Counted from the stretch's first letter, positions 6,803-17,576 are shown. The stretch: DNA of 34,950 nucleotides from a virus (IMGVR_UViG_3300030330_003158:1-34950), one strand, 5' to 3'. The notes: generated by a model not told the origin, from the letters alone. Numbers and translations are program-made.

Positions 6803-6967
6803 ATGGAACGATACGACATATACTGTCAGGGAAGAAAAATTTACTCTTCTATTACAGAAGAGGAGATGATGGATATAACCCAGGAACTAGCAGATCAATT
6901 CTATTCCGAGGGCACTCCTCACCCTGACGATGTTATAGTAGAATACTTAGGATTTGACATCGAGTAA
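6803..6967 (+). CDS. Small acidic hypothetical protein, 54 aa (MERYDIYCQGRKIYSSITEEEMMDITQELADQFYSEGTPHPDDVIVEYLGFDIE)
   Basis: Hand-translated; packs tightly between neighbours; aligns with the 5021-5179 protein. Confidence 0.85.
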   Translation: MERYDIYCQGRKIYSSITEEEMMDITQELADQFYSEGTPHPDDVIVEYLGFDIE

Positions 6968-6969
6968 TT

Positions 6970-7113
6970 ATGGCAGCTAAAAAATCACTGAACGGTGCGG
7001 ACCTGATTGAGTCCAAACCCAAAAAAACCCGCCAGGGTAACTCCCAGTACACCAAACTGGCAGCGTCTTCCCGCAACGGCAAAAAGAAAGCATATCGCGG
7101 TCAAGGTAAATGA
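6970..7113 (+). CDS. Small basic protein, 47 aa (MAAKKSLNGADLIESKPKKTRQGNSQYTKLAASSRNGKKKAYRGQGK)
   Basis: Hand-translated; starts 2 nt after the previous stop and is followed directly by a terminator; 13 K/R versus 2 D/E. Confidence 0.85.
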   Translation: MAAKKSLNGADLIESKPKKTRQGNSQYTKLAASSRNGKKKAYRGQGK

Positions 7114-7117
7114 ATAC

Positions 7118-7145
7118 AGGGGGTCTTCACAGACCCCCTTTTTTT
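7118..7145 (+). terminator. Rho-independent terminator
   Basis: Stem AGGGGGTCT / AGACCCCCT, loop TCAC, T-run 7139-7145. Confidence 0.93.
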
Positions 7146-7149
7146 GTCT

Positions 7150-7166
7150 CTAAATAGCACTAAATA
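7150..7166 (+). promoter_or_regulatory. Tandem T4-type (gp55) late promoter boxes CTAAATA x2
   Basis: CTAAATA at 7150-7156 and 7160-7166, between the terminator and gp25; variant of the T4 TATAAATA box. Confidence 0.75.
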
Positions 7167-7184
7167 CACGAAGATTGTATAAAA

Positions 7185-7589
7185 GTGCCTCTTCAAAGGA
7201 TTTCAAGGGGTTTCAAAGACATCTCGCTGTCTTTTAAACGCCACCCAGTTACAAATGACCTGCTTCCGCTGAAAGATGCGGACGCTATCAAGCGTGCTGT
7301 ACAAAATCTTGTACGAATCAACCTAGGAGAAGTATTTTTTAACGATCTACTTGGCACTAGAATCACTGATTCTTTGTTTGAACTGGCGACAGACGACCTA
7401 ATCTTGCCAATCCAAACTGAAATTGAGACTGTAATTACAAATTTTGAACCTAGAGTAAGTCTAACCGAGGTTAATGTTGACGCTCAACCCGATGAGAACT
7501 CTCTAGAAGTTGAGATTAAATACGCTATAGTTGGTTTATCAACGCCTCCTCAGACTGTCACTTTCATTCTAGAACCAACTAGACTCTAA
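7185..7589 (+). CDS. gp25: Baseplate wedge subunit gp25 (GTG start)
   Basis: FKDISLSF..HP, AIKRAVQNL, GEVFF...G, ITNFEPRV; first gene of the gp25-gp6-gp7-gp8 order. Confidence 0.93.
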   Translation: MPLQRISRGFKDISLSFKRHPVTNDLLPLKDADAIKRAVQNLVRINLGEVFFNDLLGTRITDSLFELATDDLILPIQTEIETVITNFEPRVSLTEVNVDAQPDENSLEVEIKYAIVGLSTPPQTVTFILEPTRL

Positions 7590-7590
7590 T

Positions 7591-9471
7591 ATGGCACTAA
7601 CTCAGTTTACCAATCTAAACTTTGAGGATATTAAGTCCTCAATTAAAGACTATCTGAGGGAGAACTCCAACTTCTCCGACTTTGACTTCGAAGGTTCTAA
7701 CCTTTCGGTCATCATTAACCTGCTTGCTTACAATTCTTATATCACTGCCTACAATACAAACATGGTGGTGAACGAATCATTCATTGATTCGGCGACGTTG
7801 AGGGAAAATATCGTCTCACTTGCGCGTAACATCGGATACGTTCCTCGTTCTAAACGCGCAGCAGTGGCACAAATCGACTATCAGGTCTCTGGTATTGCCA
7901 CATCAAACGCAACAATGACGTTTGAACCGGGTTTGATCGCAAACTCGATCGTATCTGACAAGAATTTTCTGTTCTCTATCCCAGAAAAGCACGTATCTGC
8001 GGTAGAAAATGGCGTAACCGAAGGAACTTTGACCATTTATCAGGGTCAATACCTAGAAAAGAACTGGACTGTCAATAATTCTCAACCAAATGCCCGCTAT
8101 ATTCTTCCAAATAGCGACATTGACACCTCAACTCTGCGCGTAAAGATCAAAGAAGACAGTTCTTCTACGACTTCTACTGAGTATAAACTGGTTGATAACA
8201 TCATTGGCGTCACTTCTACGTCAAATATCTACCTGATCCAGGAAACGACCGACGAAAAATATGAAATTTTGTTCGGCGACGGCATTTTTGGTAAGAAATT
8301 GGAGTCTGGTAACGTCATTGAGGCGTCTTATATCAAGACTGAGGGCAAAGAAGCGAACGGAGCATCGTTCTTCAACTTTGTTGGGACGATTAGTGACGAA
8401 AATGGCGCAAATATTCCGTCATTTACCCCAAATATCTTCTCAAGGGTGCCTGCTGCCAACGGTGACGACATCGAAACCGTACAATCGATCAGAAATTACG
8501 CTCCAAGACGCTATGCTGCCCAAAACAGAGCAGTAACAGCGTCTGACTACGAGGCAATCTTGCCTTCTATCTACCCAAATATCGAATCTGTCAGTGCTTA
8601 TGGCGGTGAAGACCTAAATCCACCGCAATATGGTCGCGTTTTCATCGCTGCCAAACCAAGAAATGGTGCTTTCCTCGCAGAATCGACCAAAAAACAACTT
8701 CTACAGTCACTGAAGAGTTATTCTGTCGCCGGAATTGTCCCAAGTTTCGTAAATCTCAAGTATTTGTACGTTGAGGTCGATAGTTACGTCTATTATAACC
8801 CCAATTTTACGGGTGATCCCAATAATTTGAAGGCAGATGTCACTTCTGCGATCACTCAGTACGCTAGAAGCAACGAATTGAACAAATTTGGTGGCAGATT
8901 CAAGTATTCTAACTTTACATCTCTAGTAGATGCTGTTGATACCTCTATTACGTCAAATATCACGACTGTAAGGATCCGCAGAAACCTATCTGCTCTAGTA
9001 AATCAGTTCACTCAGTATGAACTTTGCTTTGATAATGAATTCTTCCGTGGTAATGATGAGTACAACGTAAAATCCACTGGATTCAACGTTTCTGGTGTCG
9101 AAGGTACAGTCTATCTTGCTGACAAAGTTGTAGAAGGTTCTGATATTGGAAATCTATTCTTGTTCAGACTCAATACTGACTCCGAACCCGAAATTGTTTC
9201 CACTAAATTTGGAACGGTCAATTATGAGACCGGCGAAGTGCTTATAGATACTGTGAATATAACGTCAACGGTCCAACCTGACAATATTATTGAGATTCAG
9301 GCAATCCCAATGTCAAACGACGTTTTGGCACGTAAGGAACTGTATCTACAACTCGACGTTTCCAAGAGTAACTTCTTCATGAGACAGGATGGCATCTCTT
9401 CAGGTGCTAATACCTCTGGAACTCGTTATCAACCACAATCTAGCTACCAAAACGGTAAGAAAACCAGATAA
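7591..9471 (+). CDS. gp6: Baseplate wedge subunit gp6
   Basis: FSDFDFEGSNLS, LAYNSY, ESFIDSATLRENIVSLARNIGYVP, YEILFGDGIFG, QNRAVTASDY. Confidence 0.95.
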   Translation: MALTQFTNLNFEDIKSSIKDYLRENSNFSDFDFEGSNLSVIINLLAYNSYITAYNTNMVVNESFIDSATLRENIVSLARNIGYVPRSKRAAVAQIDYQVSGIATSNATMTFEPGLIANSIVSDKNFLFSIPEKHVSAVENGVTEGTLTIYQGQYLEKNWTVNNSQPNARYILPNSDIDTSTLRVKIKEDSSSTTSTEYKLVDNIIGVTSTSNIYLIQETTDEKYEILFGDGIFGKKLESGNVIEASYIKTEGKEANGASFFNFVGTISDENGANIPSFTPNIFSRVPAANGDDIETVQSIRNYAPRRYAAQNRAVTASDYEAILPSIYPNIESVSAYGGEDLNPPQYGRVFIAAKPRNGAFLAESTKKQLLQSLKSYSVAGIVPSFVNLKYLYVEVDSYVYYNPNFTGDPNNLKADVTSAITQYARSNELNKFGGRFKYSNFTSLVDAVDTSITSNITTVRIRRNLSALVNQFTQYELCFDNEFFRGNDEYNVKSTGFNVSGVEGTVYLADKVVEGSDIGNLFLFRLNTDSEPEIVSTKFGTVNYETGEVLIDTVNITSTVQPDNIIEIQAIPMSNDVLARKELYLQLDVSKSNFFMRQDGISSGANTSGTRYQPQSSYQNGKKTR

Positions 9472-9474
9472 GAG

Positions 9475-12400
9475 ATGATCGAGACCTCCCTATCCCGTGT
9501 AAAAATCCACGAGGTTATTCAAAGTCAGATACCTGAGTATATTGACTTTGAGAATCCTCTGTTTGGAGAATTTCTAAAACAGTATTATTACTCCCAGGAG
9601 TTCCAGGGTGGTCCGGTTGATATTGCCGAGAATTTAACAGAATATAAATCCCTAGATTTTCTTAATACGGAGACCCTAACTGGGTTTACCTCGCTGACAA
9701 GTTATATTGATGGTCAAGCGACCACTATCTACGTAGACTCCACACAAGGGTTCCCTAATCAGTGGGGTCTATTCAAAATCAACGATGAGATTATTACTTA
9801 CACCGGTATTGGGTCTACATCGTTCACTGGTTGTGTTCGTGGTTTCAGCGGCATCGAGAAAAATGCCAAAACCAACGAACCAGAGCATCTAACCTTCACC
9901 ATCAGTGGTGTTGGTACTCATGGTGCCGAATCTAGAGTAACAAATCTCAGTAACGTCTTCCTAAACGAGTTTCTGAAGAAACTGAAGACGCAAATCCTAC
10001 CTGGGTTCCAGGAAAGGGTCCTAAACGGCAATCTAGACCAGTCTAACTTCATTAGACAGGCAAAAGACTTCTATAAGTCGAAGGGTACCGAAGAAGCATT
10101 CAAGATTCTCTTTGGTGCGCTATATGATAAGAAGGTTGAGATGGTTCAACCTCAAGAGTTCCTCTTCAGACCGTCCGATGCTGACTTTGTAGTCAACGAT
10201 GTCGTCGTTTGTGAGGTAATCAGCGGAGACCCCACTAAGATCGTCTCACAGACGCTCTCACAGGGCGATGCGGGTGCTTCTATCTACGATGTTGAATCCA
10301 TCGTACTCAATAACCGTACATATTACAAAATTAGACTTTCTACCGATACTTTGGTAGGCAAGTTTGTTCCAACTAACAGAACTTACGCCACAAGAGGCAT
10401 TGGTGTTGGTGCGACAGTTCTTTATGTTGATTCTACAGTAGGATATGCCAAATCAGCATCTCTTGCTTACGATAGTCAAATCGTAGAGTACACTGATAAG
10501 ACTCTTACCGAGTTTTTGAACGTTACTGGTGTAACCGCAGCGATTGGCATCGGTCAAACTCTAAACCAAGGAAATATTGCGGTCTCTTATGAAGGTGGGG
10601 ACATTAACGCTCCCGTAAGACTCCGTGTACTCAATTCTGTAACTGCTTTTGACGGATCTGGCGTAATTCAGGATTCTGGCACGCAGATCTTGATTAAGAC
10701 TCTTGGTAAAAAGCAGGAAGACCTAAAATTCCATTCTTGGATCCAAAATAGTGCTGTCAAGCATACTATTGACACTTTTAGTCTCATTGGACCCAATAGT
10801 TACAGAATTACTCTACTTGACGAGTCTTTCTATAATAAAACCGACTTAATCGATGTTGTTGATGAAGATGGTAACGTTCTGGATGGTTCCGTAACGAATA
10901 TTATTGGTCTCAGGACTTTGGACATCAACTGTCCGACTTTGACTCCTGGTTCCACATACTTTATCCGTGCCAAACTAAGAACTAACAAAGAATTTGTCGC
11001 AAACGTCCAAAATACGTATTCTAGCAATTCTTCGATCTTTGTGGCATCCAACAGTTTGCCACATTACGATATTGACCCACAAAAGCGTGTCAGATCGTTT
11101 ACCGTCACCGGAGACACCATTACAGTCCCCGATCACAACTACATCAGTGGTGAGATCGTAATTTTCACTGGAAGTGCTGTTGGTCTCAATACCGATCAAC
11201 CATACTACGTCAAACGTGTTAATGGTAACCAGTTTAAACTTGCTTTGAGCGCCGAGAATGCTCGTAGGGATCAAGTCATCACAATCGACGGTTCTGGGTC
11301 TCTGACGCCCTTCCAGGTGGGTCTCAAGGACATTGGAGCACAACAGTTGCTTCGTAAGTTTGAGGATCCAACCCTAGGCAACAAAAAAGACGTTGTGGAA
11401 CCTGGTGGCGTAGGTTTATTCCTCAATGGTGTTGAGATTCAGTCTCACAAGTCATCCGACCGTGTATACTACGGTTCTATCAATGATGTCTCGGTTCTAA
11501 ACACTGGTGCCGGATATGATGTTATCAATCCTCCTAGATTGTCCGTACAGCAGTCTGGACACACTGGAGCGGGTTCTTCTGTCGTAGCACAGGTTGCTGG
11601 ACCGATTGTAGAGTTCCTGGTTGATACAGAAGGTCTAGACTACACGTCTAAACCCGATGTCAAGATCACTGGCGGTAATGGTCAGTGCTCTGCTGATGCG
11701 AAGATGAAGTCTGTCTCGCATGAAGTTGAGTTTGACAGTTCCACTGTGGGTGGTATTGTTAACACATCCACTAACAAATTTGTATTCAAAACTGCTCATG
11801 GATTCAAATCTGGTGAAGAAGTCATCTATTCCACGGATGGTACAACTACGATTGGTATTGGAACTACTCCCGGAAATCTGGTTAACCAATCAACTTATCG
11901 TGTCATCAAGAATGATGACTATGCCATATCCTTGGCGAGAACACAGGGAGAAGCAGTGTTGGGTGTTGGGACTATTCCGCTTACCTCGTCTGGTGCTGGA
12001 ATCCACAAGTTCAGTACTAAGATCCCCAGACTTAAGGTAGATAAAGTTAACGTTATCTCAAGCACGGACTTCTTTAACAGAGAAGTTACTATTCAAGAGA
12101 CTAACGAGTTTATTGATGTAATCACTGCTAAGAACCACAGATACTCTTCTGGTGACAAGATTCGCTTTACTGGTGCTGTTGCTGGTCTGACAAGTGGTAA
12201 TGATTACTATGTCATCAAGATCAATGAGGATCAGTTTAGAGTTTCTATCTCCACATCTCTAACATCCTTTGTTGACCTAACAACCAGTTCTGGTACAGGT
12301 TCATTCAACTATCCACCGATTGTTGTAGAAATCAAGGGTCAGCAAGGTATCAGCACTGCTGACGCTACAGCAACTCCTATCGTAAGAGGTGTAGTTGACG

Positions 12401-15400
12401 GAATCAACGTAGTAACCGCTGGTGGTGACTTTGGTTCTCTTGTAATCAATGATAACTTCAAACCTAATGTCCGTGTTATCACTGGATCTCAGGCATCACT
12501 GGTCCCTGTTATCGTCAACGGACAGATTGACTCTGTGTCAGTCAAGGCAGGTGGTAAAGACTTCTTCAGTGTACCTGATATCATCATTAATGGTGATGGC
12601 ATTGGCGCTAGACTAAAGGCACGAATTAGCGGCGGCAAGATCGTAGGTGTTGATGTAATTAACAAAGGTATCAACTATACCCGCACTGGTACTACCATCT
12701 CTGCCCAAACTCCTGGTGAAGGACTTATCAGTAGCGCCAATCTGAAAGAATGGACGATCAATAATGTCCACAGATATGCCAAATTCGGTGATGTTGCGGA
12801 TGACGATGGTTACTATGGCAACCTGAAGGTAGAGAAAAACAATCTTCCATACATCAATTACTATGCTTCGCGCAAACTACGCGAGTATTTGGGTGATGAC
12901 GGTGTAGAACATTCGCCAATTCTTGGATATGCGTATGATGGTCACCCAATCTATGGTCCATATGCGCTGGTAAACGATGTACTCAAGTATGTTGAGTCAA
13001 GTTATGACACCGTTGGCGGATCTAGACCAGGCGGTCCACCAGTTGCTGACTATGCCAAGGGTTTCTTTGTAGAGGACTTTGTATATCAGGAAGGTCTAGG
13101 TGATCTAGACGAGCACAATGGACGCTTTGCCGCAACACCAGAATATCCAAACGGTGTCTATGCGTACTATGTCACTGAGTCTAGCACTGTAGTAACAAAC
13201 TCCAATAGTCCTTTTGCTAACCGCAGAGAACCATTGTTCCCATATGTTGTGGGCAACTCCTTCCATGCGGAAGTACAAGACTATAACCTACAGTTCACCT
13301 CTACCCAGAACAAACTACCTGCCGGTCTTGTAAGAAATACCAAGAAGCAGAATATTCGCGAATACGAATTTGTTGGTGAGAACGCAAAGGGTAAGTTCAC
13401 TCCTTGCGTCATTGAGTCAACTTCTAAAGGTTCTGTCAAGAGCGTTAGTGTCCTAGAAGGTGGTAAGAACTATAACGTAGGTGATACACTTGCGTTTAAC
13501 AGTGTAGGAACAGGTGGATTCGGTGCTCTTGGTAGAGTAACCGATGTTGTGGGTGCTGCTGTCACAGTAATCACATCTACCATCGAAACTAACGAGAAGG
13601 TAGAACTATTTGCTGAGGGCAACATCGTAACCGGTATTGTTACCGTTGGCGTCCACAGTTATGTCCCAGGTATCCCACTTAAGGTCTCTGGCATCTCTAG
13701 CAGCATTTACAGCGAACTAGAGGGCACTTATATCATTGACGTACCATTTGTTAGAAGTGGTCTTGGCACATCTCTATTGGCAACCGGTCTAACCACCAGT
13801 ATCAGACTAACTGAGAACGTTGGTAAGTTCCAGGAGAATGATATTCTCCAGGTTGACGATGAGCAGATGAAGGTTCTTAGTGTTGACATTCTAAACCAAA
13901 AAATCAAACTTGCTCGTGCTCAAAACAGCACAGTTGGCGCTGCTCATACAAACCGCGCTGAAATCAAGCGTCTTGAGCAGAAGTTCACTTATAAGATCAA
14001 AAATCCAATCAGTGTAGATACTCCTAAGAACATTACCGAGTATTTTGACGCTGAGAACAGTGTTGGCGTTGGTTTGACTGCTGGTGTCGGTATTGGTACA
14101 ACTGTTTCCTACATTGGTGCTGGAAACAGTAGCGTCAACATCAATATACCAACGAAGTCAATTCGTATCCCTAATCACCGCTTTGTTCATGGTGATAGGG
14201 TTTCATATACTCCTGGTGGCGGTTCTTTCCTCCTATACTCCTTTGATGGTGCTAATACACACTTCTTACCAGCAAACAACTTGTTTGTACAGAAGATTAG
14301 CAAAGATCTGATTGGTATTGTCACACAGGCATCTCAGATCGGCAATGTACACGATCGTGTCTATTTTAACGGCACAATCGGTATTGGTGATACCCATTCG
14401 TTCAGAACACAAAGACCTGTCGCTACAGCGAACGTTACCAAGTTTGAAACGATTGTTTCTACAGCGTCTACCCATAAACTCGAAGTTGGTGATGTAATTG
14501 ACCTAACATTGGTCTCTGCTGGCACCAGCACCGTCAATATGGAATATGATGCTGCGACTAAGTTGGTTAGCATCGGTTCTTCCGCTAATCCACCAATCTT
14601 TGTCACTATCGGCGATAATCTGGTATTTGACACGTCAGACGTTGATCTAGCAGGCACTGAGATCAGATTCTACGAAGATCCTAATTTTGTCAAGCGTTTT
14701 GTTGGAACCGGATCCTCCACGATCGAGATTAGCAATAATCTAGTCGCTGGTATCGCATCTGCCACAACTACGGTACATTTTACCGAGCAGATGCCTTCTG
14801 TTCTGTATTACAAGTTTGTCTCACTAAACGCAAACAAACAAGTCGAGGTTAACACCGATGTAAAGGACTTTGGTAAGATTATCGTCAATCCAAGTGCTTT
14901 CTCTGGTAGACACTCTATTTCTACTGCGACAGCGCAGGAATTTCGTTATGTAACTCCTGGTGCTCCAGAAAGAGTTGGATACACCTCAGAGTCTGTCATT
15001 CAATACACAACCAAGTCCAAGAACGTCACAGGTGGCGTCCACAAAGTCCTGGTAGAAGAAGGCGGTAGAAACTATAAGACTCTACCTAAAGTTGCTGTAG
15101 CATCGACTACAGGGTCTTCTGCGGTGCTTTCCGTACAGTCTGACAGTATTGGCAATATTACTAAGACCAGAATCCTAGAATTTGGTTATGACTTCCCAAC
15201 AGATGAGACTCTGAGACCAGAAGCATCTGTACCTGACGTTATTGTTCTACGCGACAATTTTAGTCTTGAGAGCATCGGAATCACCTCTACAGGATCTAAT
15301 TACCTAACTGCTCCTGATCTGGTTGTATATAATGAAACTATTGACAAAGTTAACGACAGCGTAAACCTTATTGCCACGCTGAAGGGCACCAGTGTTAATG

Positions 15401-17556
15401 ATGTTCGTATTGTCTCTGGTGGTGGTAATCTAACCAGTTTTGATAACCGTATCTTGGCAGTCAACAACACTAACGGTGTTGGTATCATTACTGCCACATA
15501 TTCGGATCCTACGGTCACCCTAAGACTACAAACACCACCTACAGGATTTACAACAGCGGTTCCACTGCCATTCGCTGTAGGTGATGAAGTATTTGTAGAA
15601 AACCTTGGTGTTACCACTGGTAATGGTTATAACTCCGCTGATCACAAGTATAAGTTCTTCAGCATCACTGGAGTCAATACAAACCCAGGTCTAGTCAATC
15701 AGGCAACTATCACTTACGAAGTTGAGAAGGAACCTGGTATTCATGACGGTTTGGGATTTGGTATTGTTACCAAGAAACAAAATGTCGCCCAGTTTGAGGC
15801 AACCTTAACAGAAGGCGTCTTCTTTGCTGGTGAAGAAGTTTACACCGAAGGTACTACTACAAACATTGTTGCTGGTAAGGATAGTTCTACGAACATCATT
15901 AGAGTTGAGTCTATCGCTGGAATCAACACCGGTGACAAGATTACTGGTAAAGAGTCTGGTGCTTCGGGCGTTGTCAATAACCTCGTAGAGAACGAAGGCA
16001 AGTTCACTCTTGGTGCTGCTCTTGAGAAGCAGTATGGATGGGAGAAGGACACTGGTAAACCAAACGAGTTCCTACAGAGAGTACAAGATAATGATTACTA
16101 TCAGCGTTTTGCTTATTCTCTAAGATCCCAAGTTGGTATCAGCAGCTGGGGTGAACCAGTTGACTCACTGGCACACATTGCCGGATTTAAGAAGCACAGT
16201 GATCTACAAGTTGCTTCTACATCTTCAGTAAACACTGGTGTTGGTATTAGCGTAGCAGAACAGGCAGCATCCTCCATTATCATTATCGATAATGAAGCAG
16301 ATGTAAACTGCCATTATGATTGGGATGCTGTTAGAGAACTAACAAGTGCCGATCAAACCAAGTCTGACAAGATCGTATTCAGAGGAAACCAGTTTGGTGA
16401 GGCACTAATCTGTAACACCAACAGAGTTCTTGAGATTGATGACATCAGTCCTCAGTTCTACTCTGATCCAGACCTTAATAAGTCAGTACAACTAGATGTC
16501 TTTGAGGCATCTAATGTAAATGCCGTCAAGTATCACGCACAGATCGTTCTTGACTCGACTGCGGGTGTTTTGGTCAATGAAACTCAGTATTGTGAGTTCG
16601 TTGTGAGTCACAACGGTAACGTAGCACTTATCTCTCAGTATGCTGATCTGTCAGACTCCTTCGACCTCGGTGATTTCACCGCAGATCTAACTGGTGGTAG
16701 TGTTACAGTCTCCTTTAATCCATACAACCCAACATTCATCTATGACATTACCTTCTACAAAGAAGTAATGGAGGAAGGTGTTGGTACAGGAACAACTTCT
16801 TACAAGAACATTGAGAAGACTGGTGTTTCTTCATACTGTACTACTGCTACCCCACAGGTCATCCAAGCATGGGACGCCAATGATTTCCGTTCTGGACACG
16901 TCCTTGTTTCTGTAGCATCGACAGATGAGAAAGAAGTCCTAGAGGCAACTTTCGTGGGTGTTGGAACTACCATGTCCTACAATGTGTATAACAAGTTCCA
17001 GGAGGACATGGATCTGGGAACCTTTGAGATGGATATTACCGCATCTCAAGAAATTCAGGTTAAGTTCACACCTGCTGCTGGTCTTGGTGTTACGGTATCG
17101 ACTTTGGCAACTAAGGTTGGTATTGCCACTACTGTAGGAAGTATTGAAGGTCTGTATACGATTGGTGACGCTGCGTTGTCAGCAACTAGAACAGCAATCT
17201 CAAGCGACTCCTCCGCAACTCCAGGTGCTGTTACCATTTCTGACACAACGTACAACAACTACACTTCTGTAAAATACTACGTTGAGATCAACAACATCAC
17301 CAACAATGAATACTCTATCTTCCAGGTAGCAGCGAACTTGTATCAAGGTGATGCCAACTACAGTAAGTTTGGTAATGTATCTACAGCGGCAACTGAAAGA
17401 CGTGACATTATCAACACGGTGGTATCGATCAGTGATCCTAGTGTATATCTACAATTTACTCCTAAGCAGAATACTGCTTATGAAGTCAGAGTACACGAAG
17501 TTCGCATCGACAAACCCGATGATGTCAACGACGATACCACCATTATCCTACCCTAA
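9475..17556 (+). CDS. gp7: Baseplate wedge initiator gp7-like protein, 2693 aa
   Basis: QIPEYI...FLKQYY, FYKSKGTEEAFKILF, and QDNDYYQRFAYSLRS...HIAGFK; position after gp6. Confidence 0.85.
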   Translation: MIETSLSRVKIHEVIQSQIPEYIDFENPLFGEFLKQYYYSQEFQGGPVDIAENLTEYKSLDFLNTETLTGFTSLTSYIDGQATTIYVDSTQGFPNQWGLFKINDEIITYTGIGSTSFTGCVRGFSGIEKNAKTNEPEHLTFTISGVGTHGAESRVTNLSNVFLNEFLKKLKTQILPGFQERVLNGNLDQSNFIRQAKDFYKSKGTEEAFKILFGALYDKKVEMVQPQEFLFRPSDADFVVNDVVVCEVISGDPTKIVSQTLSQGDAGASIYDVESIVLNNRTYYKIRLSTDTLVGKFVPTNRTYATRGIGVGATVLYVDSTVGYAKSASLAYDSQIVEYTDKTLTEFLNVTGVTAAIGIGQTLNQGNIAVSYEGGDINAPVRLRVLNSVTAFDGSGVIQDSGTQILIKTLGKKQEDLKFHSWIQNSAVKHTIDTFSLIGPNSYRITLLDESFYNKTDLIDVVDEDGNVLDGSVTNIIGLRTLDINCPTLTPGSTYFIRAKLRTNKEFVANVQNTYSSNSSIFVASNSLPHYDIDPQKRVRSFTVTGDTITVPDHNYISGEIVIFTGSAVGLNTDQPYYVKRVNGNQFKLALSAENARRDQVITIDGSGSLTPFQVGLKDIGAQQLLRKFEDPTLGNKKDVVEPGGVGLFLNGVEIQSHKSSDRVYYGSINDVSVLNTGAGYDVINPPRLSVQQSGHTGAGSSVVAQVAGPIVEFLVDTEGLDYTSKPDVKITGGNGQCSADAKMKSVSHEVEFDSSTVGGIVNTSTNKFVFKTAHGFKSGEEVIYSTDGTTTIGIGTTPGNLVNQSTYRVIKNDDYAISLARTQGEAVLGVGTIPLTSSGAGIHKFSTKIPRLKVDKVNVISSTDFFNREVTIQETNEFIDVITAKNHRYSSGDKIRFTGAVAGLTSGNDYYVIKINEDQFRVSISTSLTSFVDLTTSSGTGSFNYPPIVVEIKGQQGISTADATATPIVRGVVDGINVVTAGGDFGSLVINDNFKPNVRVITGSQASLVPVIVNGQIDSVSVKAGGKDFFSVPDIIINGDGIGARLKARISGGKIVGVDVINKGINYTRTGTTISAQTPGEGLISSANLKEWTINNVHRYAKFGDVADDDGYYGNLKVEKNNLPYINYYASRKLREYLGDDGVEHSPILGYAYDGHPIYGPYALVNDVLKYVESSYDTVGGSRPGGPPVADYAKGFFVEDFVYQEGLGDLDEHNGRFAATPEYPNGVYAYYVTESSTVVTNSNSPFANRREPLFPYVVGNSFHAEVQDYNLQFTSTQNKLPAGLVRNTKKQNIREYEFVGENAKGKFTPCVIESTSKGSVKSVSVLEGGKNYNVGDTLAFNSVGTGGFGALGRVTDVVGAAVTVITSTIETNEKVELFAEGNIVTGIVTVGVHSYVPGIPLKVSGISSSIYSELEGTYIIDVPFVRSGLGTSLLATGLTTSIRLTENVGKFQENDILQVDDEQMKVLSVDILNQKIKLARAQNSTVGAAHTNRAEIKRLEQKFTYKIKNPISVDTPKNITEYFDAENSVGVGLTAGVGIGTTVSYIGAGNSSVNINIPTKSIRIPNHRFVHGDRVSYTPGGGSFLLYSFDGANTHFLPANNLFVQKISKDLIGIVTQASQIGNVHDRVYFNGTIGIGDTHSFRTQRPVATANVTKFETIVSTASTHKLEVGDVIDLTLVSAGTSTVNMEYDAATKLVSIGSSANPPIFVTIGDNLVFDTSDVDLAGTEIRFYEDPNFVKRFVGTGSSTIEISNNLVAGIASATTTVHFTEQMPSVLYYKFVSLNANKQVEVNTDVKDFGKIIVNPSAFSGRHSISTATAQEFRYVTPGAPERVGYTSESVIQYTTKSKNVTGGVHKVLVEEGGRNYKTLPKVAVASTTGSSAVLSVQSDSIGNITKTRILEFGYDFPTDETLRPEASVPDVIVLRDNFSLESIGITSTGSNYLTAPDLVVYNETIDKVNDSVNLIATLKGTSVNDVRIVSGGGNLTSFDNRILAVNNTNGVGIITATYSDPTVTLRLQTPPTGFTTAVPLPFAVGDEVFVENLGVTTGNGYNSADHKYKFFSITGVNTNPGLVNQATITYEVEKEPGIHDGLGFGIVTKKQNVAQFEATLTEGVFFAGEEVYTEGTTTNIVAGKDSSTNIIRVESIAGINTGDKITGKESGASGVVNNLVENEGKFTLGAALEKQYGWEKDTGKPNEFLQRVQDNDYYQRFAYSLRSQVGISSWGEPVDSLAHIAGFKKHSDLQVASTSSVNTGVGISVAEQAASSIIIIDNEADVNCHYDWDAVRELTSADQTKSDKIVFRGNQFGEALICNTNRVLEIDDISPQFYSDPDLNKSVQLDVFEASNVNAVKYHAQIVLDSTAGVLVNETQYCEFVVSHNGNVALISQYADLSDSFDLGDFTADLTGGSVTVSFNPYNPTFIYDITFYKEVMEEGVGTGTTSYKNIEKTGVSSYCTTATPQVIQAWDANDFRSGHVLVSVASTDEKEVLEATFVGVGTTMSYNVYNKFQEDMDLGTFEMDITASQEIQVKFTPAAGLGVTVSTLATKVGIATTVGSIEGLYTIGDAALSATRTAISSDSSATPGAVTISDTTYNNYTSVKYYVEINNITNNEYSIFQVAANLYQGDANYSKFGNVSTAATERRDIINTVVSISDPSVYLQFTPKQNTAYEVRVHEVRIDKPDDVNDDTTIILP

Positions 17557-17559
17557 ATA
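17553..17559 (+). promoter_or_regulatory. Late promoter box CTAAATA overlapping the gp7 stop codon
   Basis: CCCTAAATAG, TAA stop at 17554-17556, next ATG at 17577. Confidence 0.65.
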
Positions 17560-17576
17560 GCAGAAAACTGCGATAG

